Positions 1-7,520 of a stretch of DNA of 19,966 nucleotides are shown in pieces. The notes beneath the pieces were generated by a model. That model worked only from the letters and a program-made list of their open reading frames with translations. It ran no database searches and had not been told where the DNA came from. The stretch covers positions 1 to 19,966 of the forward strand of contig JBFGZE010000064.1 in NCBI GenBank assembly GCA_041586955.1, given 5' to 3'. Position 1 is the first letter of the stretch. Each line of letters starts with the position of its first letter. The position numbers were made by a program, and so were the translations under genes. The stretch comes from Bacteriovoracaceae bacterium. GTDB taxonomy: Bacteria; Bdellovibrionota; Bacteriovoracia; Bacteriovoracales; Bacteriovoracaceae.

Positions 1-657
1 CTCTTCCCCCTTCTAGGCCTTGCTGGCCACGAGTTTTTGGGAACTATCCTGTGGACCTTATTAATGGTCTTGTTTTTAGGCAAGGCCACATATAATCAAG
101 AATTACCCGCAGATTCACTCATTGGACTTTTTCTTACCACTTCCATGGCACTTGGCCTTATTATTGGGCAATTATTTTTAAAAGGTGGTAATTCGCTTCT
201 GCATTTTTTATTTGGAAATATTCTACTACTTAATCCTGCTGACGCCGCCATCTTAGTCGCACTTTCTTTCTTTACGGTGTTCATTTTTTATCGTTATCGA
301 GATTATTGGACCCTTTTTACTTTTGATGAAACTGAGGCGATCATTTCGCAACTACCAGTCAAGCGCTTACATTATGGGCTATTGATCCTTATCTCGCTCG
401 TCATTGTCCTTGGAGTCAAATTAGCAGGAACTCTTTTGGTTTCTTCTCTGCTTATTACTCCGGGATTATTTGCCCTTAGCTTGGCCAACAATCGCCGTCG
501 CACTTTCATTTTGGCGATATCTTTTAGCTTGGGCACTTCTCTCCTAGGCCTTTTTCTTGGAAATGCTCTCGGCCTACCTGTCGGTCCTAGTATTTGTATT
601 ATCCAATTCGTCTGCCTACTACCAAAAAGTATTGGCGCACGACTCAAGTCTTCATAA
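1..657 (+). CDS. Metal (Zn/Mn/Fe) ABC transporter permease, ABC-3/ZnuB-MntB family; 5'-truncated by the window edge
   Basis: Frame is open from base 1 (LFPLLGLAGHEFLGTILW...). Multiple TM helices and family-typical motifs: DSLIG..F..SMALG, FLFGNIL, TFDETEA, GTLLVSSLLITP, P.GPSI. Confidence 0.9.
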   Translation, partial: LFPLLGLAGHEFLGTILWTLLMVLFLGKATYNQELPADSLIGLFLTTSMALGLIIGQLFLKGGNSLLHFLFGNILLLNPADAAILVALSFFTVFIFYRYRDYWTLFTFDETEAIISQLPVKRLHYGLLILISLVIVLGVKLAGTLLVSSLLITPGLFALSLANNRRRTFILAISFSLGTSLLGLFLGNALGLPVGPSICIIQFVCLLPKSIGARLKSS

Positions 658-718
658 TGCAGAGTTTTTTAACAGCTCAATATTTCATTTAAGAAAGCAC
701 GAGAAATTATTTTGTAAG

Positions 719-1078
719 TTAGGAGAATTCCCAGCTTCTACTTTTTTTCTTATAGACAAGATTAAAATTGGATAAATTATCAAGCACGAGATCTTCTTTA
801 TCTCCCAATATCTTACGATCAGAATATTTAATAATAGCCGGACTCAATAAACTATCGACATGAACAGAAAACTGGACGAAGTCACCATCCTTAGGTTTAG
901 GAGGGAGGATGAAAACATCTTCATTTTTGGGCACGCAAATATCCCCAGAAGAGAGCTGAGTTCTACTATCAGTTCCCTCCTCATCTAATAACTTATTTCC
1001 ATTGATAAAACCGAGTACTGGAGTAAGAAGTACAGTACGCAAAAAATTCCAAATTAAGTTTCTTCTTCTAATGGCCAT
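719..1078 (-). CDS. Small protein with a twin-arginine-like leader and a phage long-tail-fibre (T4 gp34 N-terminal repeat-like) module
   Basis: N-terminus IRRRNLI followed by a hydrophobic stretch. C-terminal pattern ILPPKPKDGDFVQF...KILGDKEDLVLD...FNLVY...W resembles the LP..P..GD.V...I.G...DL.L...LVY...W tail-fibre repeat. Recognised by eye. Confidence 0.5.
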   Translation of the reverse strand: MAIRRRNLIWNFLRTVLLTPVLGFINGNKLLDEEGTDSRTQLSSGDICVPKNEDVFILPPKPKDGDFVQFSVHVDSLLSPAIIKYSDRKILGDKEDLVLDNLSNFNLVYKKKSRSWEFS

Positions 1079-1121
1079 GGCCCAATGTTACCATAAATTA
1101 TAAAAAAACGAGGAATTTATT

Positions 1122-2369
1122 GTGAAGAAATTTTTATGGCGTGGCTCCCGCTCGCAGGATGGCTTTAGTTTAGTTGAAGTTTTAGTGACTGCCGGTATTT
1201 TAGGGGGTTTGAGTGTCATTTATATGCGGCTTGCGGAAACTCAAATTAAGACCTCTAAAACCGTCGAGTCCCGCTATGAAACGACGGCCATACTTAATGA
1301 TATTCGAACTGTCTTATCGTCACCAGGATCCTGCCTGGAGTCGTTCAGCAATAATCCAGTCAGTCCCGGGGTCCCCTTTGCTTATAACCAAGGCGTTCTG
1401 CCCGACCCAGTCGGTCTAAGGCTAGTTCGAGGTGCCGCAACCACAGACCGCTTTATGGCAAACTCCGATGAAAACTTGGCCCAGGCCTATGGCAATGGCG
1501 CTATTAAAATTTTATCCTATTCACTAGATGATACCGACCCAACTGTTGGTATTGCCCCCGGAGAGACGATAGGAACCACCCATTTAATTGTTGAGTTTTA
1601 TCGTGGAAAAGGAGTTATGGGACAAGAAAGTATCACACGAAAAATAGTCCTGAACGTCGAGCGAGTCTCCCCTGGAGATAATAGTATTCGAGATTGTAAT
1701 ATTGCACCGGTTGGCCTAGGGCCCATGTCGTGTTCTTTATTACAAGGGGTTTACTCAGCAGGCCCACCTTCAAGGTGTGATCTCGGTCTTTACCGTGACC
1801 CTTCGGCCAATGATCAAAGAGACTATGCTATTTCAGAAAACTATATTCGAGATATGCTACTTCTTGACGACGATATGGGAACGTTAACGATTGGAAATAG
1901 TTCTGTAGCAGATGTCGTCACCATTAATGCGGCCACGACTATTTCCGGAAATACAGTCATTTCAGATGGCTTTACTTTTTCTATGGTTTCAGACAAAAAG
2001 CTAAAGGATGATATCCAAGAGCTAGGTCCAGTGCTTCAGAGTATCTCTAATTTACATGGCGTGCAATTCTCATGGAAATCAAATGGTCGGCCGGATATCG
2101 GCCTCATCGCCCAAGAGGTTCAAAAAGAGTTTCCACTACTAGTGCTTAAAGACAAAAAAACGGGAACTCTCTCAGTGAAATACGCACAATTAATTGCCGT
2201 AACGATTCAAGCGATCAAAGAGCTCAACGAAAAGAACCGTTTATTAGAAAAAGAAAACCAAGAGCTTATGATCAAGGGACGCGTTCAAGAAGAAAAAATT
2301 GATTTAATGGCAAAAGGCCTATGTCAAATCAATCCCACAATGGAAATCTGTAAATATCACAACGATTAA
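1122..2369 (+). CDS. Type IV pilin-like (prepilin N-methylation motif) protein fused to a C-terminal peptidase S74 intramolecular chaperone (tail-fibre ICA) domain
   Basis: GTG start with GAGGAA RBS. G|FSLVEVLVTAGILGG prepilin motif at 1161. S74 motifs SDKKLKDDI (Ser290 at 1989), LHGVQFSWK, IGLIAQEVQKEFPLLV and LSVKYAQLIAVTIQAIKEL, then a coiled coil. Confidence 0.88.
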   Translation: MKKFLWRGSRSQDGFSLVEVLVTAGILGGLSVIYMRLAETQIKTSKTVESRYETTAILNDIRTVLSSPGSCLESFSNNPVSPGVPFAYNQGVLPDPVGLRLVRGAATTDRFMANSDENLAQAYGNGAIKILSYSLDDTDPTVGIAPGETIGTTHLIVEFYRGKGVMGQESITRKIVLNVERVSPGDNSIRDCNIAPVGLGPMSCSLLQGVYSAGPPSRCDLGLYRDPSANDQRDYAISENYIRDMLLLDDDMGTLTIGNSSVADVVTINAATTISGNTVISDGFTFSMVSDKKLKDDIQELGPVLQSISNLHGVQFSWKSNGRPDIGLIAQEVQKEFPLLVLKDKKTGTLSVKYAQLIAVTIQAIKELNEKNRLLEKENQELMIKGRVQEEKIDLMAKGLCQINPTMEICKYHND

Positions 2370-2383
2370 ACTGAGGAGTTTAT

Positions 2384-2983
2384 ATGGGTCAACTATCAGA
2401 CAAATTAACTCAAATAGTGTTTGGAACAGGTGCGGGTCAACCATCCATCGCTCGCTGCCAAATCAATACTAACACCGGTGCCACGGTTGGTGCTGTCCCA
2501 AAAAATACAGCAAGTGCGACATCTCTCATTGTCAGTGGAGAATTTAAGGCCAATAAAGTATGGAATGCGGTATGGAATGATATCGCGGATTTTCAATTAT
2601 TAAACGATGAATTGAAATATGGCCTATGTTATTTTGACACTAAAGATGGCGCACGCATTTGTACCTCTCGTTGCCAAATGTCAGTCATTGGCATTGCCTC
2701 TGACTCTTTAGGATTTGGTGTAGGCTCAGGTGCTCACCCTGGCCAAGAAGTTCCGATAGCTGTTGCTGGTTGGGTTTTGGCCCATGTTGATCAAGAGTAT
2801 GAATGTGGCACTGTTTTAACAAACGATAAAAATGGATTCTTAACAAAGATGACAAAAGAGGAAAAACTTGAATATCCAGAGCGCATCGTGGCCCTCTATA
2901 AAAGGAAAGAAATGGACGAGTTCTGGGGGCCAGCGGGTCAACAAATTACTGTCAATGGTCGCCACTGGGTTAAAGTAAAATAA
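2384..2983 (+). CDS. Phage tail-fibre/appendage-like protein with a peptidase G2-like autoproteolytic chaperone domain
   Basis: GAGGAG RBS, 14 bp downstream of the pilin gene. KVWNAVWNDIADF resembles the NAVWNDYAE motif of phage fibre chaperones. Followed by VIGIASDSLGF, VPIAVAGWV, GTVLT, EYPERIV and ITVNGRHWVKVK. Confidence 0.62.
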   Translation: MGQLSDKLTQIVFGTGAGQPSIARCQINTNTGATVGAVPKNTASATSLIVSGEFKANKVWNAVWNDIADFQLLNDELKYGLCYFDTKDGARICTSRCQMSVIGIASDSLGFGVGSGAHPGQEVPIAVAGWVLAHVDQEYECGTVLTNDKNGFLTKMTKEEKLEYPERIVALYKRKEMDEFWGPAGQQITVNGRHWVKVK

Positions 2984-3034
2984 TTTTCAAAAGGATCATG
3001 TCAATTGATGACATAGAGATTTTTCGAAGGTTTT

Positions 3035-3337
3035 TTACTTGGGTTGCCAGATGCAACGATCGCTTTCTTCAAGGCAATCCTCTTGATCATTATCATACCG
3101 CGCGCAAAAATCGTCGTCTTCCTGGTTATTGTCTCGCTTTGACTCACAAGAATCTTTTTTTCCAGGAGTCCATAAACATTTATCCTGCTTGAGGCATTGC
3201 TTTTCATTATTGTCATACTCTTCACAATACTCCACATCGGTCTTCTTGTCCGATGCTTTAGCACCACATTCACCAGCTGATATATTTGTCATAATAGAAG
3301 TGACGAGTATAATTAAAAAAAATTGATATATTTTCAT
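3035..3337 (-). CDS. Small secreted Cys-rich acidic protein with two 40-aa repeats
   Basis: GAGGGAG RBS and Sec signal peptide (MKIYQFFLIILVTSIMTNISA). Eight Cys in two units of C-x13-C-x9-C-x5/6-C-x-W-x-P. Confidence 0.8.
   Translation of the reverse strand: MKIYQFFLIILVTSIMTNISAGECGAKASDKKTDVEYCEEYDNNEKQCLKQDKCLWTPGKKDSCESKRDNNQEDDDFCARYDNDQEDCLEESDRCIWQPK
3038..3274 (-). repeat. Intragenic tandem duplication of a 4-Cys module (aa ~22-61 and 62-100)
   Basis: YCEEYDNNEKQCLKQDKCLWTP aligns with FCARYDNDQEDCLEESDRCIWQP. Cys pairs at 24/64, 38/78, 48/88 and 54/95. Confidence 0.8.
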
Positions 3338-3523
3338 TTGGGACTCCCTCTTATCGTCAACCCTTTCATTATAGGCCTAACTCGATTAATATTATAAATG
3401 TATTTGAAAGATATTTTACATGGAAGAAAAATATCAAGCAGTTAGAATTAATTTTACCACCGTCTTCCATTGGCCATTTTACTATATCTGTTTATAAATA
3501 AATTTCACGAAGGGGCTTTATTC

Positions 3524-4600
3524 ATGACAATCGAAAAAAACTTTCTCCATAAAATGACGAATACTAATATTGATAATATTGAAAGTATGGACTTTGTTTT
3601 AAACCTTGATATTTTAGATGGATGTGTCCACTTCTGTGACGGCTGCTTCGTCAGAAAGAATAATGATATTAAAAATTGGGATACAGTCCTTGAAAAGGCC
3701 CTTACAATTGCTAAAGAATTAACGTCTAAGGGACTCCGCTTTAGGGAGTTAATATTAGGGCCAACCGACTTCTTTAGTGCTCATAATACTAAGGCGATTC
3801 TATTAGACCCACGCTTTCAGTCCCTGCTTACTCTCAACGAAAAAACACGTATCACCGCCTCTTGTGTTTTTGATTCCTTGGACAAAAACCATTTCCTAGA
3901 AATTTTTAATATTCTTGATGATACTCGCTATTTTAGAAAAGAGATGATTTTAGAGTTTCTCGTGCCTTTACACGCGGAAAAGATGCTTAACAAAGAGGCG
4001 CAATACATACAGGATAATAAATGGGCATTAGAGCATTTTAAAAATAAATCCCCTAAAGTGATCGACTGGTCTTATGTTATTAATATTAATAATAATGAAT
4101 TATTAAAAAATAATTATATGACAGTTGTTGATACCATTAAAAGAGAGTTTAATACTATTCTTGAATTTAACCCGGGGTTTTTTAGAACCAATAATAATCA
4201 ATTAATTGATAAAAACCTTACTTATTGGAAAGGCTTTCTGCAGAAAATCCTTGAAGGAAATCACTACTCAAACCTCTGTTTAACCAGCCTCGATAAGCAC
4301 CATAATACCGCCAATACCATCTGCCTTAACCTTATTGGGGATAAGGTCTATTTTAGTCCCTTTATCTATGAACAAATTATTGAGGCAAGCGATCTCTTTG
4401 CGGTAACCCCTCTCGATGGCGAAACAATTTTAAATAAGCATCTCGATCTCCAAAAGCAAGGCTTCCGCTATGCTGAAAAAACCAAGGAATGTATTGATTG
4501 CGAATTTCTCACTCCCTGTGTTGGCCGCAATGTCTTAAATTATATGGAAGTCAAAAACAAAGAGGATTGTTTATTTCCGGATAAATTTAAAGATCTTTAA
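3524..4600 (+). CDS. Atypical radical SAM protein (GPTDFF-type paralog 1) with a C-terminal 4-Cys auxiliary motif
   Basis: ATG at 3524 with AAGGGG RBS, preferred over the track's TTG at 3470. CVHFCDGC (CxxxCxxC); LILGPTDFF where GGE is expected; C-terminal CIDCEFLTPC-x16-C. Confidence 0.85.
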   Translation: MTIEKNFLHKMTNTNIDNIESMDFVLNLDILDGCVHFCDGCFVRKNNDIKNWDTVLEKALTIAKELTSKGLRFRELILGPTDFFSAHNTKAILLDPRFQSLLTLNEKTRITASCVFDSLDKNHFLEIFNILDDTRYFRKEMILEFLVPLHAEKMLNKEAQYIQDNKWALEHFKNKSPKVIDWSYVININNNELLKNNYMTVVDTIKREFNTILEFNPGFFRTNNNQLIDKNLTYWKGFLQKILEGNHYSNLCLTSLDKHHNTANTICLNLIGDKVYFSPFIYEQIIEASDLFAVTPLDGETILNKHLDLQKQGFRYAEKTKECIDCEFLTPCVGRNVLNYMEVKNKEDCLFPDKFKDL

Positions 4601-5679
4601 CTCTTATCAAGAAATTTATAGAATGACTTAAGGGGACAGGTATCCATGTCCCTTTTTCTATTTCGCCAATCCCATTGGGTAAAGCAACGAAATCCACATT
4701 TTTGAAAATACTCACAGGAGAGACATCCCATCTCATCCAAAAAATTTTGCATCATCCCGGCATTATCTTTTAAATTTAATTTTGTATTAAAATCTTTTTG
4801 CTCGTAGCGATGCCAACGACAATTAGAGGTTCTATTATCGGGAAAAATTGTGATCTTATTTAATGATAAGCAATGCATTTTATTAAAGTTATTATTAATT
4901 AAATCGGCCACGGGCTGAATTCGAGGGTACTTTTCTGCAATAAATTTATACCAATTAAAAAACTCTGAGTCTGTGGGGACGGATTCATCTGAACCAGCAT
5001 CTGGTATAAAATCATCAAAATAGATATTAAAATTATTATATAAAAATTTAAAATAGAGATCTTTATCTTTAATAAATTCCTTAATCGATTCGCTTGTTCC
5101 GACAAGATTAATTGAGCAAATATACTCTGGCCCAAACCACGAGATATTATCGGTATAAAGCCTAGACATAGGCCTTCCATGAAAATCATACGACGCTATA
5201 AGATAACTATCAATTTCGGCCTTCCTAAGGTCGAGAAGGAGTTTTTTAACTCTCTCCCTTTTCTTAAAGAGGAAGTTACTGACGATAACGACCTTCATCT
5301 TAAAATTGAACTCATCAAAATAAGGTTTTAGCTCTTTTAGAAGATCAGTATAGTCTTGGCATAAGCGATCCATCCAGCGATCTTGTAATAGTTCACCTCC
5401 GACCAAATTAATTTGAACTAAATCCACTCGTCCTCGTTGTTTTTTTAAAAAGTCAACAATCAGAGGAATCTTAGAAAACATTTCTTCTCGTGTCAGTCCT
5501 GTTTGAGATTTCTTATCGTGAAAGCAAAAGTCACAGGTAATATTACAATTTTCAAAAAGAGTGAGTTCAATTTCGGCAATATCAGGCCTTTTACTTTCAA
5601 GGATCGATTTAGTGGCGCTCATGGGTAGCGCTGGAGACTTAAAGCTATCGGAGTTTTCTTTTTCTTTAAGCGTAATCAT
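4597..5679 (-). CDS. Radical SAM protein with a SPASM/twitch-like C-terminal Cys cluster
   Basis: CNITCDFC; LVGGE; C-terminal HC...NC...CLSCEYFQKCGFRC...TC. Confidence 0.9.
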   Translation of the reverse strand: MITLKEKENSDSFKSPALPMSATKSILESKRPDIAEIELTLFENCNITCDFCFHDKKSQTGLTREEMFSKIPLIVDFLKKQRGRVDLVQINLVGGELLQDRWMDRLCQDYTDLLKELKPYFDEFNFKMKVVIVSNFLFKKRERVKKLLLDLRKAEIDSYLIASYDFHGRPMSRLYTDNISWFGPEYICSINLVGTSESIKEFIKDKDLYFKFLYNNFNIYFDDFIPDAGSDESVPTDSEFFNWYKFIAEKYPRIQPVADLINNNFNKMHCLSLNKITIFPDNRTSNCRWHRYEQKDFNTKLNLKDNAGMMQNFLDEMGCLSCEYFQKCGFRCFTQWDWRNRKRDMDTCPLKSFYKFLDKS

Positions 5680-5710
5680 CGCAGACCTAGGGAAAAAATT
5701 AGAATATTTT

Positions 5711-5751
5711 TATAGTTCTTTAACTATAGATTTCCCCGTTATTACTGTCAA
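5711..5751 (-). promoter_or_regulatory. Sigma70-type promoter for the 4597-5679 gene, overlapped by a short inverted repeat
   Basis: Minus strand TTGACA (5751-5746), 17-nt spacer, TATAGT (5728-5723). Inverted repeat TATAGTT-cttt-AACTATA at 5711-5728. Confidence 0.6.
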
Positions 5752-5760
5752 ATTATAAGC

Positions 5761-6807
5761 CTACATCAGTTCTAATAGATTGAGGACTTTAGAAGGGAAC
5801 GGGCATTCCTTAATTTCCTTAAGCTCCATAATTGAAAGAACATTCTTCCCGACACAGGAATTGAGATTGCTGCAATCAGAGCAATCATGAGTTTTAAGAC
5901 TGTAAAGGTATTGCGACCTCATGAGAGTATCCACTTTATCAATAATCGAGCGAGGGCCGATAGTTTTGATTCGTAAACCTTCATCGCATTCATTGAGAGG
6001 CCTATAGATGAAAGGAGAAATGTAAAGGTGTTCATCAGAATAATTGAGGTAGAGGACTTGAAAAAAGTGATAATCCTTCTCTCCTATTGGCAATAGAAGC
6101 CCTTTATAATTTTCATTTGATATATAATCATTTAGGAAATCCTTGAGGTTTTGTAATCTTACTATCAAACCTCCTTGGGCACCTGTCATTTGTTCAGGTA
6201 AAAACTGAATGACAAACTCGACGTCTTGCCCTAAGGAAGTTTCAAGAGATGACACGATTTTATCACTAAATTCTTCAAATAATTTACAATCATTATAGTC
6301 CACATTAAAGGAAAAGATAGGCCTTCGCTGATGATTATTAAAATGTTTCGAAAGCGAAGAGAGTGTTCCTAGAAAGTCTTCATCCGCTTGTAAAAGCCTC
6401 GCTAGAGGGCACGTTAAGACAATATTAATATCCAGAGTTTGAGGATATAGGAGCGGATTATTGAGCAGTGAAAAAGGGCCTAATAGAGCTTTTACATCAC
6501 CATTATCTACTTCATCAAGTTTTATGGGTATGGTGATCCTCATATAGGGATGTTCTTTCAAAAAACCTTGAAAATGAGGACTGCTCATAACCCCATCGAC
6601 CTGAAAACTTCTGGAACCTAAAACAAGCCCCTTAAACCGATAATTCTGATCAACCAGTTGATTGATGGCGTTTAAAGTTAAAAGAAAAGGATGCTTAGCG
6701 CTCAATTTTTGGCGCAACAAACCTGCAATATTAAGTACAATATTTATTTTATGAGAAATGCTATCATCCAAATGCTGATTGAGTTTTTCAATGCTACTTA
6801 TGGCCAT
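5761..6807 (-). CDS. Degenerate radical SAM-fold paralog lacking CxxxCxxC (GPTDFF-type paralog 2)
   Basis: Aligns with the 3524 and 11446 proteins (RFKGLVLGSRSF vs RFRELILGPTDFF; LYISPFIY vs VYFSPFIY; CSDCSNLNSCVGKNV-..C). No N-terminal Cys triad. Intact 348-aa ORF. Confidence 0.75.
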   Translation of the reverse strand: MAISSIEKLNQHLDDSISHKINIVLNIAGLLRQKLSAKHPFLLTLNAINQLVDQNYRFKGLVLGSRSFQVDGVMSSPHFQGFLKEHPYMRITIPIKLDEVDNGDVKALLGPFSLLNNPLLYPQTLDINIVLTCPLARLLQADEDFLGTLSSLSKHFNNHQRRPIFSFNVDYNDCKLFEEFSDKIVSSLETSLGQDVEFVIQFLPEQMTGAQGGLIVRLQNLKDFLNDYISNENYKGLLLPIGEKDYHFFQVLYLNYSDEHLYISPFIYRPLNECDEGLRIKTIGPRSIIDKVDTLMRSQYLYSLKTHDCSDCSNLNSCVGKNVLSIMELKEIKECPFPSKVLNLLELM

Positions 6808-6880
6808 GCCAAATTATGGCATATTTTTAAGTTTGACCCAATAATTATTCCCACTGCAAAGGTAATGATCCTACCATTAA

Positions 6881-6950
6881 GTTAGGTTTACACCAACAAG
6901 GTCAGCGTGTAACATTTAACTATAATCCATCGAGGTACATCAGGAGGAGA
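6881..6950 (+). promoter_or_regulatory. Putative promoter/operator and RBS of the candidate substrate gene
   Basis: Perfect TATAAT at 6921-6926 with no consensus -35. Dyad TTACAC (6888-6893)-N13-GTGTAA (6907-6912), flanked by GTTA/TAAC. AGGAGG RBS at 6942-6947. Confidence 0.45.
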
Positions 6951-6955
6951 TAAAC

Positions 6956-7492
6956 GTGACAACACATGTTGATCGAGCGGCTAAAATTCAAAAATTCATT
7001 GATGATGTTATCACCCCAGCAACCAATGCATTTGAAGTTGGTAGGGAGGCCATTCCTGGAGGTCAAGGCCCCATCCCCAATATTCTCTCTCATTGTGATG
7101 AGTTTAGAATCACTCCTAATGATTTTAATACAATCGCCCCTCGTGGCGGGCAACTCACGGCCTCCGCCTTGGCCGATATTTTTCAATATTACGCCTATAT
7201 TCTAACTTCCTGTCGGCGGGCCACAATCAGTCGGTACGGAGGAGGAGTTATCTCCACCGATAAAGTCACAACCCTAAACTCTAACTATAGAATGAACTTT
7301 GCCGCCTTTAAGTCGGCGGTTACCGCAAGTCCCAACCCCTTAGATAATCTTCAACCTGGCAACCCCGCTGCTTCAGCTGCGCTAGATGCCTTAATCGCAA
7401 GACTTGCTTCAATTGTTACAACCCAGCGTAATATGGCCCCCGTCAACGTTACGATATGCCATGGCTGCCATAGCTCACGCGGAAGACGTTAA
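6956..7492 (+). CDS. Candidate radical SAM substrate/precursor protein with a C-terminal CHGCHSSRGRR tail
   Basis: GTG start with a strong AGGAGG RBS. Ala/Gly/Thr-rich 178-aa protein, unlike the neighbouring enzymes in composition, with no signal peptide. Cys/His/Ser-rich basic C-terminus; central position in the rSAM cluster. The ORF is secure but the function is inferred. Confidence 0.65.
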   Translation: MTTHVDRAAKIQKFIDDVITPATNAFEVGREAIPGGQGPIPNILSHCDEFRITPNDFNTIAPRGGQLTASALADIFQYYAYILTSCRRATISRYGGGVISTDKVTTLNSNYRMNFAAFKSAVTASPNPLDNLQPGNPAASAALDALIARLASIVTTQRNMAPVNVTICHGCHSSRGRR

Positions 7493-7520
7493 ATAAATTT
7501 TAAAAAGAGGTAGATTTTAA

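Noticed and set aside
2998..3014. Hairpin ATGTCA-attga-TGACAT between convergent genes as a terminator
   Set aside because: Only a 6-bp AT-rich stem with no adjacent U-tract; too weak to call.
96..3326. Short alternative ORFs (96-284, 372-647, 557-775, 1213-1419, 2405-2596, 2421-2603, 2998-3192, 3001-3273, 3129-3326)
   Set aside because: They overlap better-supported genes in other frames or strands and have no recognisable motifs.
7457..7471. CxxCH (CHGCH) read as a cytochrome c heme-binding site
   Set aside because: No export signal, the motif is at the extreme C-terminus with no cytochrome domain, and no heme maturation genes are nearby. The rSAM context explains it better, although heme binding is not formally excluded.
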